64,000 nucleotides of DNA from Thermoanaerobaculia bacterium (GTDB taxonomy: Bacteria > Acidobacteriota > Thermoanaerobaculia > Multivoradales > UBA5704): positions 160,001 through 224,000 of the forward strand of contig JBGAGQ010000001.1 of the NCBI GenBank assembly GCA_044226625.1. Reading direction: 5' to 3'. Position 1 is the first letter of the stretch. The number at the start of each line of letters is the position of its first letter. The notes under the pieces are model-generated. The model saw only the letters and a program-made list of their open reading frames with translations, searched no databases and was not told where the DNA came from. Made by a program: the position numbers and the translations under genes. Shown here in pieces: positions 1-10,423 of this stretch.

Positions 1-1
1 G

Positions 2-199
2 TTCGGCAGCGTCAACGCAAGCCGCGAGGACTTCGAGCGCGGCGCCGAGGACCTCGCGTCGGCCGAGCTCTCGTGGCCCGGTTGGCTCGGCAAGCTGCTC
101 ACCCACCCGATCGAAGGGCTCGAGAACTACGCGCAGATGATCGAAACCCTGACTCACGGTCAAGGGGCGATCAAAGTCTTCGTGAACGTCGCGAGCTGA
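2..199 (+). CDS. Partial (3' end) zinc-dependent MDR dehydrogenase, glucose 1-dehydrogenase-like
   Basis: Frame +2 reads FGSVNASREDFERGAEDLASAELSWPGWLGKLLTH...IKVFVNVAS*. GSVNA and the terminal IKV are typical of MDR glucose dehydrogenases. Not in the ORF track. Confidence 0.7.
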   Translation, partial: FGSVNASREDFERGAEDLASAELSWPGWLGKLLTHPIEGLENYAQMIETLTHGQGAIKVFVNVAS

Positions 200-211
200 G
201 GCGAACCTCCC

Positions 212-2887
212 ATGATCCTCGACAAGAACGCGGAACGCCTTCGGATCGCCGAGGCCGACCGGGGCGAGAAGCCCTGGCGCCTGTGGGGTCCCTATCTCTC
301 CGAGCGCCAGTGGGGCACCGTGCGCGAGGACTACAGCCCCCACGGCAGTGCGTGGGACTTCTTTCCGCACGACCACGCGAGAAGTCGCGCCTATCGCTGG
401 GGCGAGGACGGCCTCGCCGGGATCTCGGACGAGAACCAACTGCTCTGCTTCTCGCTCGCGCTCTGGAACGGCCGCGACCCGATCTTGAAGGAGCGCCTTT
501 TCGGTCTCGCCGGCCCGGAGGGGAACCACGGCGAGGACGTCAAGGAGGTCTACTACTACCTCGACGCGACGCCCACCTCGTCGTACGTCGAGATGCTCTA
601 CAAGTATCCGCAGGCCGAGTATCCGTACGCCTGGCTGGTCGAAGAGAACCGGCGTCGCGGCAAGCTCGATCCCGAGTTCGAGCTGATCGACACGGGGGTG
701 TTCGCCGAGGATCGCTATTTCGACGTGACCGTGCGGTCGGCCAAGGCCGACGCCGAGGACCTGCTGATCGAGATCGAGGTCGCGAACCGGGGTTCCGAGG
801 CGGCGCGAATCACCGTGCTGCCGCAGCTCACGTTCCGCAACGTCTGGAGCTGGGGGCGTTCGAACGATCCGAAGCCGGAATTCACGGGCGTGGCGGGCGG
901 CGCGCGGGTGCGCGCGTTCCATCCCGGGATCGGCACGATGTACGCGGCCTTCGAGAGATTCGCGGGCAAGGAGCCCGAGCTGCTCTTCTGCGAAAACGAG
1001 ACGAACGTGCCGAAGCTGTTCGGCGCGCCCGCCCAGGGTCCGTTCAAGGACGGCATCCACGAAGCGGTGATCCACGGCAACCGCGACGCGGTCCACGCCG
1101 AGCCCATGGGGACGAAGATGGTGGCACGCTTCGACGCCGAGATTCCCGACGGTTCCTCGCGGACGTTTCGCCTGCGCCTCGCCAGGACCCTTCCGGCCGA
1201 TCCGTTCGCCGGTTTCGCTGCCACGTTCGCCGCGCGCCGAGCCGAGGCCGACGCGTTCTACGACGCCATACCGAGCGCGGCGAGCGATGCCGCCGCGCGC
1301 CGGGTGCAACGGCAGGCCTACGCGGGGCTGCTCTGGAGCAAACAGCTCTACCTGTTCGACATCCCGGAATGGCTCGCGGGCGACCCGGGGCAGCCCGCGC
1401 CGCCGCCCGAGCGGAAGCATGGCCGCAACAGCGAGTGGACGCATCTCAATAACTCGCGCGTGATGTCGATGCCGGACGCCTGGGAATACCCCTGGTACGC
1501 CGCCTGGGACCTCGCGTTCCACTGCGTGCCGCTTGCCGAGATCGATCCGGAGTGGGCCAAGGAGCAGCTCGTGCTGCTCACCCGCGAGTGGTACATGCAT
1601 CCGAACGGTCAGCTCCCCGCCTACGAGTGGGCGTTCGGCGACGTGAACCCTCCCGTCCATGCGTGGGCAGCGCTCAAGGTCTACGAGATTGACCGGCAGG
1701 CGAACGGCCGGGCCGACCGCGCGTTCCTCGAACGGGTGTTCCACAAATTGATGCTCAATTTCACCTGGTGGGTGAACCGCAAGGACGCCGAGGGGCGCAA
1801 CGTCTTCCAGGGCGGCTTCCTCGGCCTCGACAACATCGGCGTGTTCGACCGCAGCTCGGAGCTGCCGACGGGCGGGCACATCGACCAGGCGGACGGCACC
1901 GGCTGGATGGCGATGTACAGCTTGAACCTGATGCGGATCGCCCTGGAGCTCGCGCTCGAAAATCCGGTCTACGAGGACATCGCGACCAAGTTCTTCGAGC
2001 ACTTCCTCTACATCGCCGCCGCGCTTGCGAACCTGGGCGGCCAGGGGGACGAGGCGATCGACTTCTGGGACGAAGAGGACCAATTCTTCTACGACGTCCT
2101 GCATCTTCCCGAAGGGGGCCCTGACGGCCGCCACGAGCGGCTGCGGGTCCGATCGATGGTCGGTCTGATCCCGATGTACGCGGTCGAGGTGATCGAGGCG
2201 GAGCTGCTCGAAAAGCTGCCGGGCTTCGCCGCCCGGCTCAAATGGTTCCTGAGCTATCGGCCGGATCTCGCGCAGCTCGTCTCGCGCTTCCACGAGCCGG
2301 GCAATGGCGACCGCCGGTTGCTGTCGTTGCTGCGCCGCCACCGGTTGAACAACGTGCTCAAGAAGGTGCTCGACGAGACCGAATTCCTGTCGCCGCACGG
2401 CGTGCGCGCGCTGTCGCGCCATCACGCGGAGCATCCGTACGTCCTCGACGTCAACGGCCAGCGCTTCTCGGTCAACTATCAGCCGGGCGAATCGGAGTCG
2501 GGTCTGTTCGGCGGCAACTCGAACTGGCGCGGTCCCGTCTGGTTCCCGGTCAACTACCTTCTCATCGAGTCGTTGCGCCGTTTCGACCGCTATTACGGCG
2601 ACGACTTCTCGATCGAATGCCCGACCGGCTCGGGGAACCGGATGAACCTCGGCCAGGTGGCGGACGAGCTCTCGCGCCGACTCGGCAGCTTGTTCCTGGA
2701 AGACGGCGACGGGCGGAAGCCGGTGTTCGGCGGCGACGAAAAGATGCAACGCGACCCGCACTTCAAGGACCACCTGCTGTTCTACGAGTACTTCCACGGC
2801 GACAGCGGACGCGGCGTGGGCGCTTCGCACCAGACCGGATGGACGGCGCTGGTGGCCGACTTGTTCCGCCGCAAGAGCGAGCCATGA
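212..2887 (+). CDS. MGH1-like glycoside hydrolase (GH63 glucosidase)
   Basis: [45 protein letters not shown] and [20 protein letters not shown] motifs. Confidence 0.9.
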   Translation: MILDKNAERLRIAEADRGEKPWRLWGPYLSERQWGTVREDYSPHGSAWDFFPHDHARSRAYRWGEDGLAGISDENQLLCFSLALWNGRDPILKERLFGLAGPEGNHGEDVKEVYYYLDATPTSSYVEMLYKYPQAEYPYAWLVEENRRRGKLDPEFELIDTGVFAEDRYFDVTVRSAKADAEDLLIEIEVANRGSEAARITVLPQLTFRNVWSWGRSNDPKPEFTGVAGGARVRAFHPGIGTMYAAFERFAGKEPELLFCENETNVPKLFGAPAQGPFKDGIHEAVIHGNRDAVHAEPMGTKMVARFDAEIPDGSSRTFRLRLARTLPADPFAGFAATFAARRAEADAFYDAIPSAASDAAARRVQRQAYAGLLWSKQLYLFDIPEWLAGDPGQPAPPPERKHGRNSEWTHLNNSRVMSMPDAWEYPWYAAWDLAFHCVPLAEIDPEWAKEQLVLLTREWYMHPNGQLPAYEWAFGDVNPPVHAWAALKVYEIDRQANGRADRAFLERVFHKLMLNFTWWVNRKDAEGRNVFQGGFLGLDNIGVFDRSSELPTGGHIDQADGTGWMAMYSLNLMRIALELALENPVYEDIATKFFEHFLYIAAALANLGGQGDEAIDFWDEEDQFFYDVLHLPEGGPDGRHERLRVRSMVGLIPMYAVEVIEAELLEKLPGFAARLKWFLSYRPDLAQLVSRFHEPGNGDRRLLSLLRRHRLNNVLKKVLDETEFLSPHGVRALSRHHAEHPYVLDVNGQRFSVNYQPGESESGLFGGNSNWRGPVWFPVNYLLIESLRRFDRYYGDDFSIECPTGSGNRMNLGQVADELSRRLGSLFLEDGDGRKPVFGGDEKMQRDPHFKDHLLFYEYFHGDSGRGVGASHQTGWTALVADLFRRKSEP

Positions 2888-4917
2888 GGTTCGAAGGGAG
2901 CGTCTGCACCGACTTTGATCGCTCCTCCACTCTCGAATGGCTGGAGGCGAACGGCCTCGGTGGCTGGGCGAGCTCGACGGTCTCGGGCGCCCACACCCGT
3001 CGCTACCATGGCCTGTTGGTCGCGGCGACCGAGCCGCCGGTCGGGCGCAAGGTCCTGCTGTCGCGGCTGGACGAGACGATTGAGGTCGAAGGCGCACGCT
3101 TCGACCTCGGCGCGAACCGCTTCCCGGGAGCGATCCATCCGCGCGGCTTCGAGCGAATCGTTCGCTATCGCCAAGAGCCGTTCCCGACCTGGGAGTACGA
3201 GGCCGGCGCCGCGCGTCTGACCAAGACGATCGCCGCGGTCCGCCTGCCGACCGACGAGAACGCGACGGTCGTCCTCTACGAGGTGCCAGAATCGAGCGCG
3301 CCGTTTCGCCTTCTCCTCCGGCCGTTCTTCGCCAGCCGCGATTTTCACGCGCTCGGGCACGCCAACGACTTCGTTCTTCGCGAGGGGAGCTTCGCCGACG
3401 GGACGCTCCGCTACCAAAGCTACGACGGCCTGCCCGAAGTTTTCGTCCACGTCCCGGGCAGCTCGTTCGCTCCCAGCCCCGACTGGTGGCATCGCTTCGA
3501 ATACGCCCAGGAACGGGAGCGCGGGCTCGATTTCGAGGAGGATCTCTTCACCCCCGGAGCGTTCGATATCTCGGTCTCTCCGGGCCGGAAGCTCGCCGTC
3601 CTGATCTCGACCGCTCCGCCCGAAGGACGCGACGCCGGAAAGCTGGTCGATGTTGAGCATCGCCGACGCAAAAAGGTGCTCGCGCCGTTCGCGGCGGCCG
3701 AGCCGTTCGTCCGTTCGCTCGCTCTCGCCGCCGACGCCTTCGTTGTCCGCCGTGGCCAACCGGGATTGGGGCTCTCAACCGTCATCGCCGGCTACCCCTG
3801 GTTTTCCGATTGGGGGCGCGATTCGATGATCGCCCTCCCGGGCCTTTGCCTCACGACCGGCCGCTTCGCCGAGGCGAAAGGCATCCTGCGCGCCTTCGCG
3901 GCCGCCGTGAGCGAAGGGATGTTGCCGAACCGATTTCCGGACCGCGCCGACGAGGCGCCCGAGTACAACACGGTCGACGCCACGCTCTGGTTCTTCGTCG
4001 CGGTCTGGGACTATCTGGAAGCCACCGGCGACACCGCGTTCGTACGCGACGAGCAGCTGCCGGTCTTCGAGGAGATCCTCGCCTGGCACGATCGCGGCAC
4101 GCGCCATGGCATCCGGGTCGTTCAGGACGGCCCGCTCGAGGGCTTGCTCCACGCGGGCGAGCCGGGAGTCCAGCTCACCTGGATGGACGCGAAGGTGGGC
4201 GATTGGGTGGTGACGCCGCGCACCGGTTTTCCGGTAGAGATCCAGGCGCTCTGGGCGAACGCGCTCGCGATCACCGCCGAGCTCGCCGACCGCTTCGGCG
4301 AAACGGCGAAAGGCGACGCGCTGAGACGCCGCGCCGAGAGCGTCCGGTCACGCTTCGCCGAAACGTTCTGGAATGAGGAGCTCGGCGGGCTCTACGACGT
4401 GGTAGGCGACGAAGGGAGCGACGCGAGCGTGCGGCCGAATCAGATCTTTGCCCTCTCGCTCCCGTTCCCGCTCCTCTCCGGCCCGCGCGCGGAACGGCTG
4501 CTCGCGCTCGTCGAAGCGAAGCTCCTCACGCCGCGCGGCCTGCGCACGCTGTCGCCCGACGACCCGCGCTATCGGCCGATCTACGTCGGCGGTCCGCTCG
4601 AACGGGACGGCGCCTACCACCAGGGGACCGTCTGGTCCTGGCTGCTCGGTCCATACGTCACCGCGCTCGTCCGCGTCCGCGGAGAGGAAGGGAGGCGGCA
4701 AGGGCGAGAGATTCTCGACCGCTTCGCGCCGCACCTGCTCGAGGCCGGGCTCGGCACGGTCTCCGAGATCTTCGATGCCGAGCCTCCGCACGCACCGCGC
4801 GGCTGCCCGGCGCAGGCCTGGAGCGTCGCCGAGCTACTGCGCGCCGCGGTCGAGATCGCCCCGGAGAGTCCTAGCAAAGGAGATTCGGAAACCGGCGGCG
4901 AAGGAAGCGTGCCGTGA
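2884..4917 (+). CDS. Amylo-alpha-1,6-glucosidase / glycogen debranching enzyme family
   Basis: [13 protein letters not shown]...[40 protein letters not shown] at 2884 overlaps the previous stop (ATGA). Confidence 0.9.
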   Translation: MRFEGSVCTDFDRSSTLEWLEANGLGGWASSTVSGAHTRRYHGLLVAATEPPVGRKVLLSRLDETIEVEGARFDLGANRFPGAIHPRGFERIVRYRQEPFPTWEYEAGAARLTKTIAAVRLPTDENATVVLYEVPESSAPFRLLLRPFFASRDFHALGHANDFVLREGSFADGTLRYQSYDGLPEVFVHVPGSSFAPSPDWWHRFEYAQERERGLDFEEDLFTPGAFDISVSPGRKLAVLISTAPPEGRDAGKLVDVEHRRRKKVLAPFAAAEPFVRSLALAADAFVVRRGQPGLGLSTVIAGYPWFSDWGRDSMIALPGLCLTTGRFAEAKGILRAFAAAVSEGMLPNRFPDRADEAPEYNTVDATLWFFVAVWDYLEATGDTAFVRDEQLPVFEEILAWHDRGTRHGIRVVQDGPLEGLLHAGEPGVQLTWMDAKVGDWVVTPRTGFPVEIQALWANALAITAELADRFGETAKGDALRRRAESVRSRFAETFWNEELGGLYDVVGDEGSDASVRPNQIFALSLPFPLLSGPRAERLLALVEAKLLTPRGLRTLSPDDPRYRPIYVGGPLERDGAYHQGTVWSWLLGPYVTALVRVRGEEGRRQGREILDRFAPHLLEAGLGTVSEIFDAEPPHAPRGCPAQAWSVAELLRAAVEIAPESPSKGDSETGGEGSVP

Positions 4918-5720
4918 ACCGGATCGCCCGCAGTCTGCGCGAGCATTGGCCCGAGGTGCTGATCGAGGGCTTCCTTCTCGGCGCTTTCATGATCTCCGCG
5001 GGAGGTTTCGCGACTCTCCTCTACTCGCCCCATTCGCCGCTCGCGCACCGGCTTCCCGACGGGCTCCTCCGCGACGCGCTGATGGGGCTCGCGATGGGGG
5101 CCACCGCGATCGCGCTCATCTACTCCCCGTGGGGACAGCGCTCCGGCGCGCACTTCAACCCGTCGGTGACGCTCACCTTCCTTCGCCTGGGCAAAATCGA
5201 CCCGGCGGACGCGATGCTCTACGTCGTCGGCCAATCGCTCGGCGGCATTCTCGGCGTGATCGCGATCGGCGCCCTGCTCGGCTCGCCGTTCACCGATCCG
5301 CCGGTGCGCTCGGTCGCGACACTACCGGGTCCCGCCGGGCCGAGCGTCGCCTTCGCCGCCGAGGTCGCGATCTCCGCGCTGCTCATGACCGTCGTGCTCT
5401 GGGTCTCGAACAGCCGCTTCGCCCGCGCCACCGGGGTGCTCTGCGGCGCGCTCGTCGCCGTCTTCATCACGTTCGAGGCACCCCTATCAGGGATGAGCAT
5501 GAACCCGGCGCGGAGCCTCGCCTCCGCCGTCCCCTCGGGCATCTGGGACGGCTTCTGGATCTATCTCATCGCCCCGCCGCTCGGCATGCTCCTCGCCGCC
5601 GAAACCTACCGAGCCGTACGCGGCATCGAGCGCGTCTATTGCGCAAAGTTCCACCATCCCGACGACCACCGCTGCATTTTCCGCTGCCGCTACTGCGAAT
5701 CCCCGGGAGCGAACGTCTAG
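4914..5720 (+). CDS. Aquaporin (MIP family) with Cys/His-rich C-terminal tail
   Basis: SGAHFNPSVT and SMNPARS loops, hydrophobic helices, tail CAKFHH..HRCIFRCRYC. Confidence 0.9.
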   Translation: MNRIARSLREHWPEVLIEGFLLGAFMISAGGFATLLYSPHSPLAHRLPDGLLRDALMGLAMGATAIALIYSPWGQRSGAHFNPSVTLTFLRLGKIDPADAMLYVVGQSLGGILGVIAIGALLGSPFTDPPVRSVATLPGPAGPSVAFAAEVAISALLMTVVLWVSNSRFARATGVLCGALVAVFITFEAPLSGMSMNPARSLASAVPSGIWDGFWIYLIAPPLGMLLAAETYRAVRGIERVYCAKFHHPDDHRCIFRCRYCESPGANV

Positions 5721-5745
5721 TCTCGCTCCGGCCGGTTGCGCAGCC

Positions 5746-6285
5746 TTCGAACCCCTCCCCCTCTGGCGGCCTTTCAGGCCGCGGTATTGGGTTGCCTTCC
5801 TACCCAGGGCATCGGCCTTCGGCCTCAGCCCTGGGCTGGAATCTTCCGGCCCGTTGGGCCGGGCGCACAGGACCACGGTCCAGATGGATCCGTCGTGGAA
5901 CCCCTTTCCCTGCACGGGCGGCCAGCGCGCCGTGCGAACCTGCCCGGCCCTCGGTCCATCGGCCTCGAACCGGGGCGGCCCGTGGATCGCGGTTCCCCAC
6001 AGGGGCCTATTGGTCCATCGGTCTTGACCGGGGCGGCCCGTGGATCGCGCGCCGGCCAGCGCGCCGTGCGAAACCTGCCCAGCCCTCGTTCCATCGGCAT
6101 CCAACCGGGGCGGCCCGTGGATCGCGGTTCCCCACAGGGGCCTATTGGTCCATCGGTCTCGACCGGGGCGGCCCAACGGGCCGCAAGAACCTAGCCCAGG
6201 GCTGAGGCCGAAGGCCGATGCCCTGGGTAGCGAGCCCCCCATCTAAAGCGGCCTGAAAGGCCGCCAGAGTAGGGAGGAGTTCGAA
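5746..6285. repeat. REP/MITE-like element: ~115-bp imperfect terminal inverted repeats enclosing two ~120-bp direct repeats
   Basis: Left arm ...ctctggcggcctttcaggccgc..ctacccagggcatcggccttcggcctcagccctgggct.. mirrors the right arm (6169-6285). Internal repeats at about 5920-6039 and 6054-6174. Confidence 0.85.
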
Positions 6286-6415
6286 GCGGAACCCGGTTCC
6301 CCACGCGCGCCTCTCGGTCCATCGGTAGCGAGAACCGCTCCCCCCCCAGAGCGGAATGAAACGAGTAACCCATTCCGATTCCCGGCATACCTTACGGGCG
6401 GGAGGAAACAGAGCT

Positions 6416-7993
6416 ATGGAGCATTACGACGTCGTCATCATCGGATCGGGTGCCGGAGGGGGCACTCTGGCTTGGTCGCTCGCGAAGACCGGCAAGAAGA
6501 TCCTGATCCTCGAGCGGGGCGACTACGTGCCGCGCGAAAAAGAGAACTGGAGCACGCGGGCGGTCAACGTCGAGGGGCGTTACAACACGAAGGAAACCTG
6601 GAAGGACTGCAACGGTGAGCCGCTCCACCCGCATACGAACTACTTCGTCGGCGGCAATACGAAGTTCTACGGCGCGGCCCTCTTCCGCCTGCGGCGCGAG
6701 GACTTCGGGGAGCTGCGCCATCACGGCGGGATCTCCCCGGCTTGGCCGGTCGGCTACGACGAGATGGAGCCCTGGTATACGAAGGCCGAACACCTTTATC
6801 AGGTGCATGGCGAGCGCGGCGTCGACCCGACCGAGCCCGACTCATCGGCCCCTTACCTTTATCCCGCGATCCGCCACGAGCCGCGGATCCAGCAGCTCCA
6901 CGACGATTGGGTGAAGATGGGGCATCGCCCGTTCCACGTGCCGCTCGGCGTGCGCCTCGACGAAAAGAATCCTCGCACCTCGCCGTGCATCCGCTGCGAG
7001 ACCTGCGACGGCCACCCTTGCCTGATTGGCGCGAAGTCCGACGCGCAGACGATCTGCGTCGACCCGGCGCTCGCGCATGAGAACGTCACCCTGCTCACCC
7101 GCGCCTACGTCTCCCGCTTGGAGACCGACCCCTCCGGCCGCTCGATCTCCGCCGTCCACGTCGAACGCGAGGCGCCCGACGGCACGATCCGCGAGAGCTT
7201 CTCGGGCGACCTCGTCGTCGTCTCGGCCGGCGCGATCAACTCGGCGGCGCTCCTGCTCCGCTCGGCTTCGGACCGCCATCCGAACGGCCTCGCGAACGGC
7301 TCCGACGTCGTCGGCCGCCATTACATGGGGCACGTCAACTCGGTCCTGATGGCGATCTCCAAATGCCCGAACCCGACGGTGTTCCAAAAGACGCTTGCGT
7401 TGAACGACTTCTACTTCGGCTCGCCGGAGTGGCAGTACCCGATGGGGCACATCTCGTTCGTCGGCAAGCTCGACGCGGTGACGCTATCGGCGGGCGCACC
7501 GCCGTTCGCTCCCGGCTGGACGCTCGACCTCATGGCGCGCCACTCGCTCGACTTCTGGCTCACCTCGGAAGACCTGCCCGACCCGAACAACCGGGTGACG
7601 CTCGACCCGCGGGGCAACATCGTCCTGAGCTACAAGCCGAACAACGAGGAAGGACACAAGCGCCTCACGGCCAAGCTCAAAGAGCTGATGAAGGGCCAGA
7701 CGAAATGCGGCGTCCATGGGCACGAGTGCCACGAAGGGATCTTCTCCCGCAGCCTCTACGCCGGGCAGCGGATTCCCCTCGCCGGTGTCGCGCACCAGAA
7801 TGGCACGATCCGCTTCGGGACCGATCCGAAGACCTCGGCGCTCGACCGCGATTGCAGAGCTCACGAGGTCGAAAACCTTTACGTCGCCGACGGCAGCTTT
7901 TTCCCGTCGAGCGCGGCGGTCAATCCCGCGCTCACCATCATGGCGAACGCCCTGCGCGTGGGTGCGCATCTCGCCGAGCGCCTCGGCGCGTGA
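6416..7993 (+). CDS. GMC family oxidoreductase (FAD)
   Basis: DVVIIGSGAGGG, VGGNTKFYGA, CIRCETCDGHPC, AHQNGT, NPALT. SD ggagg upstream. Confidence 0.9.
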   Translation: MEHYDVVIIGSGAGGGTLAWSLAKTGKKILILERGDYVPREKENWSTRAVNVEGRYNTKETWKDCNGEPLHPHTNYFVGGNTKFYGAALFRLRREDFGELRHHGGISPAWPVGYDEMEPWYTKAEHLYQVHGERGVDPTEPDSSAPYLYPAIRHEPRIQQLHDDWVKMGHRPFHVPLGVRLDEKNPRTSPCIRCETCDGHPCLIGAKSDAQTICVDPALAHENVTLLTRAYVSRLETDPSGRSISAVHVEREAPDGTIRESFSGDLVVVSAGAINSAALLLRSASDRHPNGLANGSDVVGRHYMGHVNSVLMAISKCPNPTVFQKTLALNDFYFGSPEWQYPMGHISFVGKLDAVTLSAGAPPFAPGWTLDLMARHSLDFWLTSEDLPDPNNRVTLDPRGNIVLSYKPNNEEGHKRLTAKLKELMKGQTKCGVHGHECHEGIFSRSLYAGQRIPLAGVAHQNGTIRFGTDPKTSALDRDCRAHEVENLYVADGSFFPSSAAVNPALTIMANALRVGAHLAERLGA

Positions 7994-8004
7994 GGAATCG
8001 AATC

Positions 8005-9057
8005 ATGAAAACTTTTTCTCCCCATCGGCTTTCGAACGCGGTCCGGTTCGCACTCGCCGCCTTTGTTCTCCTCCTTCTTCCGCTCGCGGCCTCGGCCGCG
8101 GCCCCGCCGAGGGTCGGCGCGGTCGGCTTCACCGTCTCCGACCTCGACGCAGAAGTGGCGTTCTTCACCGACACCCTCGGGTTCGAGAAGGTTTCCGAGC
8201 GCGAGGTGATGGGCGACGTCTATGAGAATCTCTTCGGGGTATTCGGTCTCCGCGCGCGGGTGGCCCGGCTTCGGCTCGGCACCGAGGTGGTCGAGCTGAC
8301 CGAGGTCCTCACCCCGCGCGGCCGGGCGATCCCGATCGACGCCAAGAGCAACGACCGATGGTTCCAGCACATCGCGCTCGTCGTCTCCGACATGGACGCG
8401 GCGTACGCGAAGCTGCGGGCGGCCAAGGTCCGGCACGTCTCGACCGCGCCGCAACGGCTGCCCGACTGGAACCCGAACGCCGGAGGAATCCGCGCGTTCT
8501 ACTTCCAGGATCCCGACGGCCACAACCTGGAGGTGATCTGGTATCCGCCCGGCAAGGGGAATCCGCGCTGGCAGGATCGCAGCGCGGAGGATCGGGGCAA
8601 GCTCTTCCTTGGCATCGACCACACGGCGATCGTGGTCTCCGACACCGACGCGAGCCTTGCGTTCTATCGCGACCGGCTCGGGCTTTCGGTCGCCGGCGCG
8701 AGCGACAACTATGGCACCGAGCAGGAGCACCTGAACCAAGTGTTCGGCGCCCACCTGCGAATCACCGCGCTCCGGGGCTCCGGCGGTCCGGGAATCGAAT
8801 TCCTCGAATACCTCACGCCGCGCGGCGGCCGGCCGACGCCGCCCGACCTCGCGGTGAACGACCTCGCGCATTGGCAGACCACCCTGGTACTCCCCGAGCC
8901 CAAAGCGCTGGACGGGCTCGCGGCGCGCTTCGCCGAGGCGCGGGTCCCGTTCGTTTCCCTCGGAATCGTCGGGCTCCCCGAGGCTGAGCTCGGCTTCCAT
9001 CGGGGATTCCAGGTCCTCGACCCGGACGGCCACGCCTTCGCGGTCGTCGAACCGTAA
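8005..9057 (+). CDS. Secreted two-domain VOC/glyoxalase family protein
   Basis: Signal peptide, FQHIALVVSD, FYFQDPDGHNLE, GIDHTAIVVSD, DPDGH. Confidence 0.85.
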   Translation: MKTFSPHRLSNAVRFALAAFVLLLLPLAASAAAPPRVGAVGFTVSDLDAEVAFFTDTLGFEKVSEREVMGDVYENLFGVFGLRARVARLRLGTEVVELTEVLTPRGRAIPIDAKSNDRWFQHIALVVSDMDAAYAKLRAAKVRHVSTAPQRLPDWNPNAGGIRAFYFQDPDGHNLEVIWYPPGKGNPRWQDRSAEDRGKLFLGIDHTAIVVSDTDASLAFYRDRLGLSVAGASDNYGTEQEHLNQVFGAHLRITALRGSGGPGIEFLEYLTPRGGRPTPPDLAVNDLAHWQTTLVLPEPKALDGLAARFAEARVPFVSLGIVGLPEAELGFHRGFQVLDPDGHAFAVVEP

Positions 9058-9095
9058 ACCCATTCCCTAGATACGAACCACGAAAGAGAACCGCG

Positions 9096-9500
9096 ATGAG
9101 CACTCTTACGAAAACCCAGAACCGGATCAGCTGGCTGCTGCAGATCGTCGTGGCCGCGATCCTCGTCCAAACCCTCTATTTCAAATTCACCGGCGCGCCC
9201 GAGTCGGTCTACATCTTCTCGACCCTCGGCCTCGAACCGGTTGGCCGGATCGGCTCCGGCATCGCCGAGCTGATCGCGGCGTTGCTCCTGCTCATCCCGG
9301 GCACCGCGGTCTACGGCGGGCTGATCACCATGGGCGTACTCGCCGGGGCGATCGTCTCCCACCTGACCAAGCTCGGTATCGAAGTTCAAGGAGACGGCGG
9401 ACTGCTGTTCGGCCTCGCTCTCGTCTGCTTCGTGGGCGGCGCGATCGTCGTCTGGCTCCACCGGCGGGAGCTGCCGATCGTCGGGGCGCGATTTCGCTAA
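9096..9500 (+). CDS. DoxX-like membrane protein
   Basis: Four TM helices, QTLYFKFTGAPES, GAIVSHLT. Confidence 0.75.
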   Translation: MSTLTKTQNRISWLLQIVVAAILVQTLYFKFTGAPESVYIFSTLGLEPVGRIGSGIAELIAALLLLIPGTAVYGGLITMGVLAGAIVSHLTKLGIEVQGDGGLLFGLALVCFVGGAIVVWLHRRELPIVGARFR

Positions 9501-10423
9501 CGCCCCGCTCGCGCGTTCCTCTTCAGCCCTTCGAGCTTCGCCCGCTTGAGCGGACTGCCGCGAAAGCGGGCGACGTACTCCTCCCGCCCGAGCGCGAGCA
9601 GGCCCGCGAGGTCGAGCCCGGCCCGCTCGGGGGGGAGACGAAGCTCGGGGTGATCGGCACCCTGCGGCGCGGCGTTCCACGGGCAGACCTCTTGGCAGGC
9701 GTCGCAGCCGAAGACCCAACCGTCGAGGCCTTCCGCGATGCCCGGAGGAAAGTCGCCCCGGTGCTCGATCGTCCAATAGCTGATGCAGCGGTTCGCGTCC
9801 AACCGATAGGGCTCGACGAGCGCCCCGGTCGGACACGCTTCGAGACAGCGGGTACAGCTTCCGCAGAGGTCCGCGAGCGGCAGGTCGGGCGCCAGGTCGA
9901 GCGTCGTGAATACTTCGCCCAGCAGGAACCAGGAGCCCGCCTCCGGGTGGAGCAGAAGGGTGTTCTTGCCGATCGCGCCAAGGCCGGCGCGCGCCGCGAG
10001 CTCGCGTTCGAGCACCGGGGCGGTGTCGATCGCATAGCGCGCCTTGCTGTCGGGAAACTCCGCCTCGATCCGGTCGCAGAGCGGCTTGAGCCGTCTTTTC
10101 ATCAGGTCGTGGTAATCGACGCCACGCGCATAGCGGGCGACGCGCGGCCAGAGGTCTCCCGCCGGCTCCTCCTCCCCGTCGAGCGGCGCGTATTGGAGGG
10201 CAACGCAGACAGCGCTCCGCGCTCCTTCGAAAAACCGCGACGGATCGAGCCGCGCTTCGAGCCGGTTGGCCATCCAGGCCATTCCTGCCTGCTCCCCCCG
10301 CTCGAGCCACCGAACGAGAGCCGGCCCATGCTCGATCGGCTCGAGGCTCGCCACCCCGGCGCGGTCGAATCCGGCGTCGAGCGCCCAGGCCTTGAGCCGC
10401 TCGGCGATCTCGCGCGGCGTCAT
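9497..10423 (-). CDS. queG: Epoxyqueuosine reductase
   Basis: ARYARGVDYH, DTAPVLER, GKN, CGSCTRCLEACP, GCDACQEVCPWN. Confidence 0.95.
   Translation of the reverse strand: MTPREIAERLKAWALDAGFDRAGVASLEPIEHGPALVRWLERGEQAGMAWMANRLEARLDPSRFFEGARSAVCVALQYAPLDGEEEPAGDLWPRVARYARGVDYHDLMKRRLKPLCDRIEAEFPDSKARYAIDTAPVLERELAARAGLGAIGKNTLLLHPEAGSWFLLGEVFTTLDLAPDLPLADLCGSCTRCLEACPTGALVEPYRLDANRCISYWTIEHRGDFPPGIAEGLDGWVFGCDACQEVCPWNAAPQGADHPELRLPPERAGLDLAGLLALGREEYVARFRGSPLKRAKLEGLKRNARAGR

Noticed and set aside
5736-6246. ORFs within the repeat element
   Set aside because: The translations only mirror the DNA repeats and have no protein-like features.
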